A stretch of DNA of 64,000 nucleotides from an uncultured Gemmatimonadales bacterium (GCA_963832055.1 CAWHST010000001.1:2183-66182), one strand, 5' to 3'. Positions 1-12,868 are shown, numbered from the stretch's first letter. Numbers and translations: made by a program. Notes: generated from the letters alone by a model not told the origin.

Positions 1-1076
1 TGTGGGCAGAGGCCTATGACCGCGACCTGCGGGACGTCTTCGCCGTACAGGAGAGATCGCCCAGGAGATCGTAGGCGCACTGGAGGGTGAACTCCGCGGT
101 GAGGAGACCACGATGGTGGTCCGTCCGACCGCCGACCTCGCGGCGTATGATCACTACCTCTAGGGACTGCACGCCGTAAACCAACGTAGCAGTGGATCCC
201 TGGTGCAGGCGGTGGCCTACTCCGAGCAGGCCATCGCGCGCGATCCGCGCTTTGCGCGGCCTATGCCGGCTGGCCGACGCTTATGTGCTGCTGCCGGTTA
301 CGGCGTGACCAAGTCGTCGGAAGCAGGCCGAAGGCCAGGACGGCCGCGGAGCGGCGCTGGCGCTCGACAGCACCCTGGCGAGGCCCATCCACGCTCTCCT
401 ACGCAAAATCCTGTTGGGTTCGGATTCGGCGGGGGGCCGAGGAGGGGTCCGGCGGGCGGTGGGCTGGACCGCGTTACCCGACCGCGCATCACTGGTACGG
501 CGACTTCCTCGGCGGACGGGGAGACCTGGAAGGGTACTTACAGGAGCTTCGGCGCGCCCAGGCGCTCGACCCACTCTCGCGGCAGATCGGCACCGAGGTC
601 GGACAGGCGCTCTACGCACTCCGCCGGAATGACGAGGCCGTCACCAGCTCCAGCAGGTGCTTCGGGCGGACCCGGCGTTTGCCGGCGCTCGCGTCACGCT
701 GGGGCGGGTATACGTCGAGCAGGGTCGGCTGGCGGAAGCCGTCGGCGAGTTCCAACAGGCAGTGGAACTCAGGGGTCGCAACGCGTTGGACGTGGCGTAT
801 CTCGCGTACGCCTATGCCGTGGCGGGCCAGGAGAGCGAGGCCCAGCGGTTGTTGGTCGAGCTCGAAGGGCGCTCACGTCGCGAGCACGTACCGCCGACGG
901 TGCTCGCCATGGTCCATATGGGATTGGGCGAGGACGAACGCGCGTTCGATCACCTGGATCGGGCCGTCGCCGAACACGATGGATGGATCGCTGAATCCAT
1001 CTTTTATCCAACATTCGACCCTTTGCGCTCGCACCCACGATATGCGGCGCTGCTGCAGGCGCTAGGGTTACGATAA
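1..1076 (+). pseudogene. C-terminal TolB-like/TPR region of a kinase/cyclase-type signalling protein, 5'-truncated by the window and broken
   Basis: Reads WAEAYDRDLRDVFAVQE...AAYDHYL*GL...ALDPLS...FDPLRSHPRY, paralogous to 35095-36497. In-frame TAG at 161-163 plus several frameshifts. Confidence 0.75.
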
Positions 1077-1431
1077 CGTGTCGTCCACCTCAGTCCGGCA
1101 GCGCTGATTGACCATGCGTTTGCGCCCTCGTGCGGCAGTATCGCGTGAGAAGCATGCCCGGTGCGGAGGGCGATGCCCACCCCATCAATGCCGAGGGCAC
1201 TCTCAGGGGCGGGCGGCGCTCCGCGTTTGGGAGCCCGGTTTATAGGTCCGAGATTCCGGCGGTAACTAGCTGCGGCTGACGGCTACCACGGGGACTACGC
1301 GGGTGGCGCGAAGTGGGACGAGAGGAGAGGGGAGCCAACCCACCGAGCCCCGTTCCGGCGGAAGAGGGAGTAGGGGGAATGACGCCACAGATTGGCGCGT
1401 CATGGAACAGTTCCACACGCCGGCCTGGTCC

Positions 1432-2676
1432 CTACAACTGCCGCTCAGCCAGCTCGCGGAAGGCGTCGGGAACGGAGCGGCGGGCGTCGAGGGCGACCGA
1501 GGCGTAGCCGACGGATTCCCAGCCGAAACGGTCACGGATCGCGTCGATGGCGCGGTCGGTGAGGAGGCGCGCCATCCCTCTCCTGGCGCCGGGGCGCCGC
1601 GCCTCGTCGGCGAGGCCGAGCGGCAGATCGAGCTGCACCACCGCCTGCTCCTCGATATGCGATACCGAGATGGCAAGCAGAGAGATCGCGCGTTCTTCGG
1701 GATGGCTCCTGAGGACGGCTCGCACCAGGTCCTCGGCGATCTCAGCGAGGATTGCAGTCGCGGCGACGGGTTGCGGCAGCGTCACGGCGTGGGTAACCGA
1801 GCGGAGATCGCCGAAGCGCACCCGCACCGTCACGGTCCGCCCGGACTTGCCCTTCGCCCGCAGGCGCGAGCCGACCCGGTCGGCAAGGTGGCGGAGCGCC
1901 GGGCGGATGATCGGGTCCCCGACGGGCCTTCGGCCGAGCGCCGATTGCGCTCCGGCCGAGTGGGCGTGGACATGGGTCCGGATGGCGCGAGGGTCGCGGT
2001 TCCAGGCGAGGGCGGCCAGCCTTTCGCCCGCGGCACCGCCGAGAAGCCGGGCAAGCGCGCCTGGGGAACTCTTCGCCAGGTCGCCGATGGTAGCGATTCC
2101 GCTTTCGGCGAGTCGCGCCCTGGTCGCCGGGCCGACGCCCCACATCATCTCCACCGGCAAATCATGAAGGAAGGCGAGCTCGGTCCCGGGGTCGACGACA
2201 ACCAGCCCGTCGGGCTTGGCGACCTGGGAGGCGATCTTGGCGAGGTGTTTCGTGCTGGCGACGCCGACGGAGATGGGAAGGGCCAGTTCATCGCGCACGC
2301 GTCGGCGGATCGCCGCGGCGATCTCGGCCGGCGTGCCGAAGAGGTGCGTGCAGCCTGCGACGTCGGCGAAAGCCTCGTCGATCGAGATCCGCTCGACCAG
2401 CGGCGTGAAGTCGCCCAGTACCCTGATCGCGGCGTCGCCGAGCCGTTGGTATTCCTTGAAGTGCCCGCCGACGAAGATCAGGTCGGGGCAAAGCGCTCGC
2501 GCCCGCCGACCCGGCATGCCGCCGTGGACGCCGAAGGCCCTCGCTTCATAAGACGCCGCGAGCACCACACCGCCCCCTACCGCGATCGGCTTCCCCTTGA
2601 GGGACGGATCGAGCATCTGTTCGACCGAGGCGTAAAACGCGTCCAGGTCCGCATGAAGGATTGTGGCCGTGTCCAT
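1432..2676 (-). CDS. dinB: DNA polymerase IV (Y-family)
   Basis: ILHADLDAFYASVEQ, AASYEAR, SIDEAF and KHLAKIAS motifs. Confidence 0.93.
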   Translation of the reverse strand: MDTATILHADLDAFYASVEQMLDPSLKGKPIAVGGGVVLAASYEARAFGVHGGMPGRRARALCPDLIFVGGHFKEYQRLGDAAIRVLGDFTPLVERISIDEAFADVAGCTHLFGTPAEIAAAIRRRVRDELALPISVGVASTKHLAKIASQVAKPDGLVVVDPGTELAFLHDLPVEMMWGVGPATRARLAESGIATIGDLAKSSPGALARLLGGAAGERLAALAWNRDPRAIRTHVHAHSAGAQSALGRRPVGDPIIRPALRHLADRVGSRLRAKGKSGRTVTVRVRFGDLRSVTHAVTLPQPVAATAILAEIAEDLVRAVLRSHPEERAISLLAISVSHIEEQAVVQLDLPLGLADEARRPGARRGMARLLTDRAIDAIRDRFGWESVGYASVALDARRSVPDAFRELAERQL

Positions 2677-2804
2677 GGCGAGGCGTGCCCGCGGCGGGCG
2701 GTGGCGTGGTAAGTGATGATGAGTCTACAAGGAGAACATACCAGGACATGACTTTCGGCTGTCAAGCGTCGGGCTCCCACCAAAAAACGCCCGATACTGC
2801 CTGG

Positions 2805-2827
2805 AGAAACTGTAGCAGAAACGGAGC
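2805..2827 (+). repeat. Tandem AGAAAC(T/G)G(T)AGC repeat, putative integrase arm-type site
   Basis: agaaactgtagc/agaaacggagc closely matches agaaactgcagc/agaaacggtagc at 15021-15044 next to a tRNA-derived att. Confidence 0.45.
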
Positions 2828-2900
2828 AGTTGGCGGCGGACTCTGGCTCAAGAACGACTCCGGGTATAGCCTAGAAGCAACCCGATACCGCTAGGTCTCT

Positions 2901-5866
2901 CTGAGCGAGACCCCAGAAAGTCTCAAGGCCACCCTGGCCGACCGCTACGTGCTCGAGCGCGAGCTCGGCCGTGGCGGCATGGCCACGGTCTATCTCGCCC
3001 GCGATCTCCGGCACGACCGCCCCGTCGCCCTCAAGGTCCTCCATCCCGAGCTGGCGCCATGCGCTGGGCCCCGAGCGGTTCATCCGGGAGATCCGGCTCG
3101 CCGCCCGGCTCGACCACCCGCACATCCTCCCGGTTCACGACTCCGGTGAGACGGCCGGCCGGCTCTGGTTCACCATGCCCTACGTGGAGGGCGAGTCGCT
3201 CCGGAGCCGCCTGGCGCGCGAGCCCCAGCTCCCGCTGGCGGACGCGCTGCGGATCACCCGGGCGGTGGCCGACGCCCTGGGATATGCCCAACAGCAGGGC
3301 ATCATCCATCGCGACGTCAAGCCGGAGAACATCCTGCTCCAGGGCGAGCGCTGCGTGCTCGCCGACTTCGGCGTCGCCCGCGCCGTGGACGCCGCCGGCG
3401 AGCGCCTGACGGAGACCGGCTTCGCGCTGGGCACGCCCGCCTACATGAGTCCCGAGCAGGCCGCGGCCGACCGCCACCTCGACCCTCGCAGCGACATCTA
3501 CTCGCTCGGGTGCGTGGTGTACGAGATGCTCGCGGGCGAGCCGCCGTTCACGGGGCGGACGGCCCAGGCCATCGTCGCCCGCCGGCTGGCGGGTCCCGTG
3601 CCCGACCTCTGCACGGTGCGTGACGTCCCGCGACCGGTCGAGCGCGTCATCCGGCAGGCACTGGCGCGCGCACCGGCGGACCGGTTCGCGGACGCGCCGG
3701 CTTTCGCGCGGGCGCTGGAGGCCGCGGCGAGCGCGCCCCGCGCGGCTGTGGGCCCCACCGTTCGACGAGGTCTGCTCGCCGCGGCGGCGGTGCTCCTGGT
3801 CGCGCTCGCCGGCGCCGCTATCTGGCTGCGCGGCCGGCCTCCCGCCGAAGTCGCCCGCGACGCCAACCTGCTCGCGGTCGCCCCATTCGAGGTGCTGGAG
3901 CCGTCACTCGAGGTCTGGCGGGAGGGCATGGGCGACGTGCTCTCCCGCACGCTCGACGGGGCGGGCCCGATCCGCACGGTGTCGCCGAGCGTGGTGCTCC
4001 GGCGCTGGAGCGGCCGCGCCGATCCGGCCTCCGCCGAGGAGCTGGGCCGCCGCACCGGGGCGGGGCTGGTCGTCTACGGGGCCGTGGCGCCGCGGGGGCG
4101 GGACTCGGTGACGCTCCGCGCCGCCCTGCTCGATCGCAGCGGCGGAATGGCAAAGACGGACATCGAGGTCTCGGGCGAGGTGGCCCGAATCGACGAGCTC
4201 GCCGACTCGCTGGGCATCCGGGCGCTGCGAGTGCTCTCGTCCAGCCGGGCGATCGGCTCGGTCCGCCGGACGTCGATCGGCTCGACGTCGCTGCCCGCGC
4301 TGAAAGCATTCCTCCAGGGCGAACAGTTCTACCGGCGGGGGCAGTGGGACTCGGCGCTCACCCGGTACGACCAGGCGATCGCCGCCGACAGCACGTTTGC
4401 GCTGGCGCTGACCCAGATGGACGCGGTGCTCGGCTGGTACCCGCCGACCTCAGGCGCATATCGGCCACAAGAGGAGTACCGGAGGCGCGCGATCCTCCAC
4501 AACCACGGGCTTCCCCCGCGGGATAGTCTCCTGATCGCCGCCGACTCCTTCGAACTCGCGGCGGAAGACATGACGGAGCCGGAGGAGTATGCCCGCATGA
4601 AATTCCGTGCGGTAGCGGCAGTGGAGGAGGTGGTCCGCCGCTACCCGGAGGATCCCAAGGGCTGGTATTTGCTCGGGGAATGGCGCTTGGGTGGCGCACA
4701 ACGCGTGGCCTATCGCGGTGCCGCCGGCCGTGTCGCTCGAGGCCTTCGCCCGGGCGATCACGCTGGATCCGGGGTTCGGCCCGGCCTACGAGCATATGCC
4801 GGCACTGTACCTGGCCCTGGGTCGGCCTGACGAGGCCCGGCGTTCCGCGGCTACCTACCTGGCCCTCGACTCGACCGCTCAGTACAGATCCGAAATCCGC
4901 CTGGCGGCGCTGTTGCTTGACTCGAGTGCGACCGCCAGGGCCGAGGCGGAGCGGATGCTCGACACGGCATCGGTCTACACCGTCTGGGGCGCTGCGTTCA
5001 ACCAGGCTCCTTCCTGGACCGACACGGCCGAGACCGCGATCCGGCTGCTGCGGCGCCTCGGCGAGCCGGGCCGAGGCGCCGGTGGAAGCGTTCCGTGGGT
5101 CCTCGACTCGGTCTCGTGGCCGAAGTACCTGGCGCACGCGCTCGCGTTCCGCGGCCACCTGCGCGAGGCCTTCGCGGCAAATGAGCGCCTGCTGCGCCAG
5201 CCGTCCGCCTCGCCGTGGAGCCTTTGGTTCGACACGTTCCACGACCTCAGCCTGCTCGGGATCGTACCGGATTCGCTGGCCCGCGCCACCTACGGACGCT
5301 CCCTGGAGTCGGCCGCCGGCTGGGCCGACGAGTATCCGCCACGTCACTTGAGGGGACTGCCGTGGTGGCTGTCGCGGGGCGACACGGTGGCCCTGGCACG
5401 CTTCGCTGCCCGCGCGGCTCGCGCGGGGCGGGCACCTCCCACCCCGCGCGCGGCCCTGCGGGCTCGGCTGCTCGGAGAGACGAGCGTCGCGTTCCTCGAT
5501 CTGGCGCGGGGCGATTCCACAGCGGCGATTCGGAAACTGAGCGCGATTCCCGACACGCTCTGCCTGGCGGACGGCGCCGGCACCTGCTTCCACCTGAACC
5601 TGACGCTGGCGCGGCTCCTGGCGACTCGCGGTGAGGATCGGCAGGCCGGCGCGTTGCTGGACCGCTGGCGGTGGAGCGGGGACGGCACGCCGTCGTTCGT
5701 CCTCGCCACTCTCGAGCTGGGCCGAATCGCCGAACGGCTCGGGGACAGGCGGAAAGCGGCCGAGTGCTATGGCTTCGTGGCGGCAGCTTGGCACCGAGCA
5801 GATCAGGAGCTGCTGCCCTACGTGGCGGAAGCGCGGGAAGGGCTGGCGCGGCTCGGCGGGGAGTGA
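2901..5866 (+). CDS. Hanks-type Ser/Thr protein kinase with TM helix and TolB-like/TPR extracytoplasmic domain (copy 1; frameshifts near 3057 and 4690)
   Basis: [24 protein letters not shown] and GTPAYMSPE motifs. Colinear with the intact 9309-12272 copy. The position equivalent to the start codon is CTG. Confidence 0.85.
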
Positions 5867-5900
5867 ATCATCTGAGGCCGCCCTAGCGGAGGACGTACCG

Positions 5901-8900
5901 ATGAGACCAGACCGTGTTAGCTCCTTCGGACGGGCAGTGCTCGCCGCAATCGGGCTTGCGCTCGGAGGGGGAACGCTCGCGGCGCAGACGACTGGTAAGA
6001 TCGAGGGCCGGGTGCGCGATCAGGCGGGCGCCCCCATCGCCAACGCCCAGGTGTTCATCGCGGGCACGGCGTTCAACGCCCTGACCAACCCGCAGGGCTA
6101 TTACTTCATCAACAACGTGCCGCCGGGCGACATCTCGGTCCGCGCGGCGTTTATCGGGTACAAGTCGACCCAGGTGGACGGCGTCCGGGTGTTGAGCGGC
6201 CAGACCGGCACGGTGGACATCCAGCTGGAGCAGACCGCGGTCGAGCTGCAGGAAATCACCGTGGTCACCCAGACGCAGCCGCTGGTGCCGCGCGACGAGG
6301 TCACCTCCAAGCAGCGCATCGACGGCGCCTTCACCGACAATCTCCCGGTCGACCGGCTCAACAACGTCCTGGCGCTGCAGCCGGGCGTGGTGGCGAGCCC
6401 GACCACCAACACCCTGTCGATCCGGGGCGGCCGCACCGACGAGGCGGCGACCTACGTGGACGGCGTGCCGGTGTCGCCGGGCTTCCGGGGCTTCGGATTC
6501 GCCACCTCCGCGGGCACCGAGATCGCGGTCGGCACCAACGCGCTGGAAGAGGCGTCGGTCACCACCGGGTCGTCGTCGGCCGAGTTCGGCAACGCGCAGT
6601 CCGGCATCGTGGCGGTGCAGACCCGCGCGGGCGGCACCCGCTACAGCGGCAACTTCGGCTATGAGACCGACGAGCCGTTCGGGGTCAAGAACGGCTACGG
6701 CTTCAACCGGTTCCAGGGCAGCTTCGGGGGGCCGGTCTATCAGAATCTCTCGTTCTTCGTGTCCGGCGCGCTGGAGGGGCAGCGCTCGGTGGTCACCGGG
6801 TTCGACGCCGACCAGGTGCCGATCTTTGTGCAGGCGGGCGTTGACACCGTCGTCGCCGTCCCCTCGGCGTTGGGCGATCCGACCGCGGACACCACGATGG
6901 TCCCGGTGTACAACCTCGCGGCGTTCCGGGGTGACTGCGACGCCTTCGCCGGCAGCGCCGACCCCGAGATCGCCAATAACTACGGCGTGGACTGCCAGGG
7001 CATCCGGACGCCGTACTCGCCCCGGACCACGTACAACATCCAGGGGCGGCTCAACTACAGCTACGGCACCGGGAGCCGGGTCTCGCTCACCGGGCTCGCC
7101 AGCCAGTTCCAGGGCCGCACCTTCGTGCAGAATCGGGACCTGATCGGCCGGACCCTCACCTACGGCAACCTGTACAATCCGGACGGGCTGCTCGCGTTCC
7201 GGAACTACAGCCGGAATCTGACGCTCAACTGGACCCAGAACGTGAGCAAGTCGGCTGAGCGGGCCCTGGCGCTGGAGACCTTCCTCTCCTACCAGGCGGA
7301 CAATACGCTCTCGGGGCCGATGACGCGGGAGGGCGAGCTCGATTCCCGTGACGCCTTCGGCGGCTTCCTCATCTCGCCGATCGATCACCTCTTCGACTTC
7401 GACAATTTCCCTATCAACGAGGAGCTGATCAACAACTTCCGGAACAGTGTCCCCGGCAGCCGGCGCTCGCCGCTCGATCTGGAGAACCGTGCCCAGTATG
7501 CCGCGGTGGACGCCTTCCGGAACAACGCGTACGGCCTCTACAACCGCGGCTCCGACGGCGCCGACCTCCAGTTCTTCGAGAGCGGCATCGGCGGTGCGGA
7601 CCACCACCCGGCTCAACATGTACCATGAGCGCCGGTACCTCGGGAAGGCCAACCTCGACTGGCAGGTGGACCGCTTCAACCGGGTCAAGCTGGGCGGCGA
7701 GTTCACCCGGTACACCATCAAGGCATACTCCCATTTCCTGGACGACCAGATCTTCTCCGAGGCGTACATCGAGCGGCCGATCCGCTGGAACGCCTTCGTC
7801 GAGGACCGGCTGGACCTCGGTGACTTAGTGCTGGTCGGCGGCCTCCGGTACGACTGGTATCACAGCCGCGCTTTCCGGCCCGCCACCTTCCCGGTGATCA
7901 ACACGCACCCGGTCTACGTAAACTTAGGGGCCGACTCGTTCTTCAACGACCCGACCTTGTGGGTGGAGGACGAGAGCCACGGCTACCTCAGCCCGCACGT
8001 GCAGGTGTCGTTCCCGGTAACCGACCGGACCAACTTCCGGCTGAGCTACGCCCACCAGGTGCAGGTGCCCGACTTCGCGGTGGTCTACAATAGCATCAAC
8101 ACCGACGTGAACCTGAGTGGCAACACCAACACCGTGTTCGGCTCCGACCTCGATTTCGGCAAGACCATCACCTTCGAGTTCGGCATCCGGCACGCGTTCA
8201 GCGACGACATGGTGCTAGACCTGGCCGCGTACAACAAGAACAACCTGTCCAACGCGGCGGGGCGCCTGATCCCCATGCCCGACCCGACCTCCGGCTCGAA
8301 CGTGAACATCCGCATGATCACCAACGCGGACTTCGGCAACACCCGGGGCATCGACGTCCGCCTCGACCGCCGTTTCGGCAACCTGTTCAACGGCACCCTG
8401 GCCTACACCTTCCAGGACGCCAAGAACACCGGCTCCGATCCGGAGACCTACATCGACTTCGGCTCGCGGGTCCTGAACGCGCTGTCGGGCGGCAACCAGC
8501 CGCCTCCACAGGCGATCCTGCCGACCGACTTCAGCCGTCCGCACACGCTGGCCGCCGCCGCGGCGCTCAACTTCCCCGACGACTGGAATGAGGGAACCGC
8601 GGTGGGCTCGATCTTCCGGAAGGTGGGTGTGTTCGCCACCTTCCGGTACGCCAGCGGCACACCGTACACCCGCTGCAGCCCGGGCGTGAGTGACCAGAGC
8701 GTCGTGTCGGGCGACAGCTGCAACCGCGTGTTCCCCGAGAGCCTCAACGGCGCGCGGCTGCCCGCCTTCCGGCAGCTCGACCTCAGGCTCACCAAAGGCT
8801 TCGGCCTCGGCGGCCTCGACGTCACCGCTTACCTGGACGCGCGGAACGCGCTGAACTTCCGCAACATCCTCCAGGTCTTCACCCAGACCGACGACATCGT

Positions 8901-9252
8901 CAACGCGGCCGAGCGCGAGGACCACTTTGCCGTCAACGCGGAGGATAATCGCGATGAGGCCGTTCGCTCGGGGGTCGACGTGTCCGAGGACGGCACCATC
9001 GATCTCACCTTCGGCGGCATCGACGACTCGCGGGCGGGGTGCGCAGGCTGGGTCACGCAGGACGGCCTGCCGGCCGCGCCGAATTGTGTCTACCTGATCC
9101 GGGCCGAGCAGCGCTGGGGCAACGGCGACGGACTCTACACGCTTGACGAGCAGCGGGCCGCGTCGGACGCGGTCTATGACACGATTCGCGGTGAGCACAA
9201 CTTCACCGGTGAGCCGCGGCGCATGCGGCTCGGCTTCGAGCTGAACTTCTAG
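5901..9252 (+). CDS. TonB-dependent receptor with N-terminal carboxypeptidase-regulatory-like domain (OAR-like; frameshift near 7595)
   Basis: GGAGG RBS, signal peptide, GKIEGRVRD, plug motif LSIRGGR...YVDGV, GLRYDW, C-terminal LGFELNF. Confidence 0.88.
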
Positions 9253-9308
9253 CCCCCGTTGGTGGGCTGTGGCTGTAGGCTTGGGATATCCCGATCTGGT
9301 ATCTCTCC

Positions 9309-12272
9309 GTGACCCAGACCCTCGAAGGGCTCAAGGCCGCCCTGGCCGACCGCTACCTGCTCGAGCGCGAGCTCGGCCGTGGCGGCATGGCCACGGTCTA
9401 TCTCGCCCGCGATCTCCGGCACGACCGCCCCGTCGCCCTCAAGGTCCTCCATCCCGAGCTGGCCCACGCGCTGGGCCCCGAGCGGTTCATCCGGGAGATC
9501 CGGCTCGCCGCCCGGCTCGACCACCCGCACATCCTCCCGGTTCACGACTCCGGTGAGACGGCCGGCCGGCTCTGGTTCACCATGCCTTACGTGGAGGGCG
9601 AGTCGCTCCGGAGCCGCCTGGCGCGCGAGCCCCAGCTCCCGCTGGCGGACGCGCTGCGGATCACCCGGGCGGTGGCCGACGCCCTGGGATACGCCCAGCG
9701 GCAGGGCATCATCCATCGCGACGTCAAGCCGGAGAACATCCTGCTCCAGGGCGAGCGCTGCGTGCTCGCCGACTTCGGCGTCGCCCGCGCCGTGGACGCC
9801 GCCGGCGAGCGCCTGACGGAGACCGGCCTCGCGCTGGGCACGCCCGCCTACATGAGTCCGGAGCAGGCCGTGGCCGACCGCCATCTCGACCCTCGCAGCG
9901 ACATCTACTCGCTCGGGTGCGTGGTGTACGAGATGCTCGCGGGCGAGCCGCCGTTCACGGGGCGGACGGCCCAGGCCATCATCGCCCGCCGGCTGGCGGG
10001 TCCCGTGCCCGACCTCTGCACGGTGCGTGACGTCCCGCGACCGGTCGAGCGCGCCATCCGGCAGGCACTGGCGCGCGCACCGGCGGACCGGTTCGCGGAC
10101 GCGCCGGCTTTCGCGCGGGCGCTGGAGGCCGCGGCGGGCGACACTCGGACGAGCACGCGGCCCTTCGTGCGGCGGGGCCTTCTTGCAGCCCTCGGTGGCC
10201 TCCTGATCGCGGCGGCCCTCGTTGGTCTCTATTCAGGCCTCCGCCCCGAGCCCGAGCGCGCGCGCGATCCGAACCTCCTCGCGGTTGCGCCGTTCGACGT
10301 GCTCGATCCGTCGCTCCAGCTCTGGCGGGAGGGGCTCGGGGACATCCTCTCACGCACCCTCGACGGCGCGGGTCCGATCCGGACGGTCTCACCGACGGTC
10401 GTGCTCCGACGCTGGAGCGGACGAGCCGATGAGGCCTCCGCCCACGAGCTGAGCCGTCGGACCGGCGCGGGACTGGTGGTCTACGGAGCGGTGGTGCCGC
10501 AGGGCCGGGACTCGGTGACGCTCCGCGCCGCCCTCCTCGAACGAGGTGGCAGGACGGCCAAGAGCGATGTGGAGGTGGTGGGTGAGGCCACTCGGATAGG
10601 CGAGCTTGCCGACTCCCTCGGAATCAAGGTCCTGCGGGTGCTCTCGCGGAGCCGGCCGATCGGGTCTGTCCGCTCCACATCGATCGGTGCGAGGTCGCTT
10701 CCGGCACTCAAGGCATTCCTCCAGGGTGAACAGTTCTATCGACGCGGGCAGTGGGATTCCGCGCTTACGCGGTACGATCAGGCCATCGCCGCCGACAGCA
10801 CCTTCGCGCTCGCGCTCTCACAGATGGGCACTGTGCTCGGCTGGAGACCGCCGACCGGGGGCGCGTACCGGCCCCGCGAGGAATACTTGTGGCGTGCGGC
10901 CCTTCACAATCACGGTCTCCCGGCGCGCGAGAGCCTGTTGATCGCCTCGGACTCGCTCAGACTTGCGGGGCTGAAGTCGGCGGACCCCGACTCGTTTGTG
11001 CGCCTGATATTCGGAGCGCAGGCCGCGGTGGAGGAGGCCGTGCGCCGGTATCCCGATGACCCCCTGCTGTGGTACGGGCTCGGCGAGGAGCGCCATGACG
11101 CGCCGTGGCCCATTCAGACGCCCCCGTCCACGGCAATGGACGCGTTCGCCCGCGCGATCGCGCTGGATCCGGGATTCGGGCCGGCCTACGAGCATCTGCC
11201 GGCACTGTTCCTGGCTCTGGGACGTCCGGACGAGGCCCGGCGTTCCGCAGCTACCTACCTGGCGCTCGACTCGACCTCGCCGGACCGATCCGAAATCCGC
11301 CTGGCGGCGCTGTTGCTGGATCCAAGTCCAGGCGGCAGAGCCGAGGCGGAGCGGATGCTCGACACGGCATCAGTCAACACCATCTATGGCGCCGCGATCA
11401 ACCAGCAGCTTGCATCCTGGCCCGACACGGCCGAGACCGCGATCCGGATGCTGCGGCGCCTCGGGGAGCCGGGCCGAGGCGACGGTGGTGGCCTTCCGTG
11501 GGTCCTCGACTCGGTCATGTGGCCGCGGTACCTGGGGCACGCGCTCGCGTTCCGCGGCCACCTGCGCGAGGCCTTCGCGGTCAATGAGCGCCTGCTGCGT
11601 CAGCCTTCCGCCTCGGCGTTTAGCTGGTTCCTCGACCCCCTGGTGGATCTCGGTCTGCTCGGGATCGTTCCGGACTCGCTGGCCCGCGCGACCTTCGATC
11701 GTGCTCTCGAGGCAGAGGCTGCCTGGGGGGGCTTCTTCACGCCCCGTCACTTGAGGGGGTTACCCTGGTGGCTGTCGCGCGGAGACACGGCGGCCCTGGC
11801 ACGCTTCGGCACCCAGGCGGCTCGGACGGCGCGGGCGCCCGGAGGGCCGCGCGCGGCTCTCCGGGCCCGGCTGCTCGGCGAGACGAGTGTCGCCTTCCTC
11901 GATCTGGCGCGGGGCGATTCCGCGGCGGCGATCCGCAAGCTGAGCGCGATCCCGGACACGCTCTGCCTGGCCGACGACTTCGCCGCGAATTGCTTCCACC
12001 TGAACCTGACCCTGGCGCGACTCCTCGCGGCCCGCGGGGACGATCGACGCGCCGGCGAATTGCTGGAACGCTGGCGATGGCAGGGTCGCGGCTCGCCGGT
12101 CTTTGTTCTCGCCACGCTCGAGCTCGGCCGCATCGCCGAACGGCTCGGGGACACGCGGAAGGCGGCCGAGTGCTATGGCTTCGTGGTGGCAGCTTGGCAC
12201 CGACCAGATCGGGAGCTGCTGCCCTACGTGGCGGAAGCGCGGGAAGGGCTGGCGCGGCTCCGTGTGGAGTGA
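9309..12272 (+). CDS. Hanks-type Ser/Thr protein kinase with TM helix and TolB-like/TPR domain (copy 2, intact)
   Basis: 987-aa ORF with complete kinase motifs, hydrophobic helix GLLAALGGLLIAAALVGLY and helical repeats. Confidence 0.92.
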   Translation: MTQTLEGLKAALADRYLLERELGRGGMATVYLARDLRHDRPVALKVLHPELAHALGPERFIREIRLAARLDHPHILPVHDSGETAGRLWFTMPYVEGESLRSRLAREPQLPLADALRITRAVADALGYAQRQGIIHRDVKPENILLQGERCVLADFGVARAVDAAGERLTETGLALGTPAYMSPEQAVADRHLDPRSDIYSLGCVVYEMLAGEPPFTGRTAQAIIARRLAGPVPDLCTVRDVPRPVERAIRQALARAPADRFADAPAFARALEAAAGDTRTSTRPFVRRGLLAALGGLLIAAALVGLYSGLRPEPERARDPNLLAVAPFDVLDPSLQLWREGLGDILSRTLDGAGPIRTVSPTVVLRRWSGRADEASAHELSRRTGAGLVVYGAVVPQGRDSVTLRAALLERGGRTAKSDVEVVGEATRIGELADSLGIKVLRVLSRSRPIGSVRSTSIGARSLPALKAFLQGEQFYRRGQWDSALTRYDQAIAADSTFALALSQMGTVLGWRPPTGGAYRPREEYLWRAALHNHGLPARESLLIASDSLRLAGLKSADPDSFVRLIFGAQAAVEEAVRRYPDDPLLWYGLGEERHDAPWPIQTPPSTAMDAFARAIALDPGFGPAYEHLPALFLALGRPDEARRSAATYLALDSTSPDRSEIRLAALLLDPSPGGRAEAERMLDTASVNTIYGAAINQQLASWPDTAETAIRMLRRLGEPGRGDGGGLPWVLDSVMWPRYLGHALAFRGHLREAFAVNERLLRQPSASAFSWFLDPLVDLGLLGIVPDSLARATFDRALEAEAAWGGFFTPRHLRGLPWWLSRGDTAALARFGTQAARTARAPGGPRAALRARLLGETSVAFLDLARGDSAAAIRKLSAIPDTLCLADDFAANCFHLNLTLARLLAARGDDRRAGELLERWRWQGRGSPVFVLATLELGRIAERLGDTRKAAECYGFVVAAWHRPDRELLPYVAEAREGLARLRVE

Positions 12273-12285
12273 GGCCGCGGAAACG

Positions 12286-12318
12286 GTCACTTACCGAGCA
12301 TCGGTGCCCGCTTCCCTA
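12286..12318. repeat. 33-bp att-associated motif GTCACTTACCGAGCATCGGTGCCCGCTTCCCTA
   Basis: Identical to 15182-15214 and similar to 33601-33631 and 15234-15264. Confidence 0.8.
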
Positions 12319-12337
12319 CCCCCGGCGAGTCGCGAGA

Positions 12338-12868
<531 letters not shown>

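Noticed and set aside
1303-2712. Long antisense ORFs (e.g. 1303-2712, 5883-7769, 39763-41541, 50463-52322)
   Set aside because: They are shadows of real genes on the opposite strand in high-GC DNA and have no motifs.
2730-2746. LexA box upstream of dinB (GAAC-N6-GGAC)
   Set aside because: Spacing and sequence do not match the GTTC-N7-GTTC or other SOS boxes I know.
2839-2880. Degenerate + strand copy of the tRNA-Gln 3' end (gactctggctcaag...agcctagaagcaa)
   Set aside because: The alignment needs several gaps and the orientation is opposite to the other atts, so it cannot be distinguished from chance.
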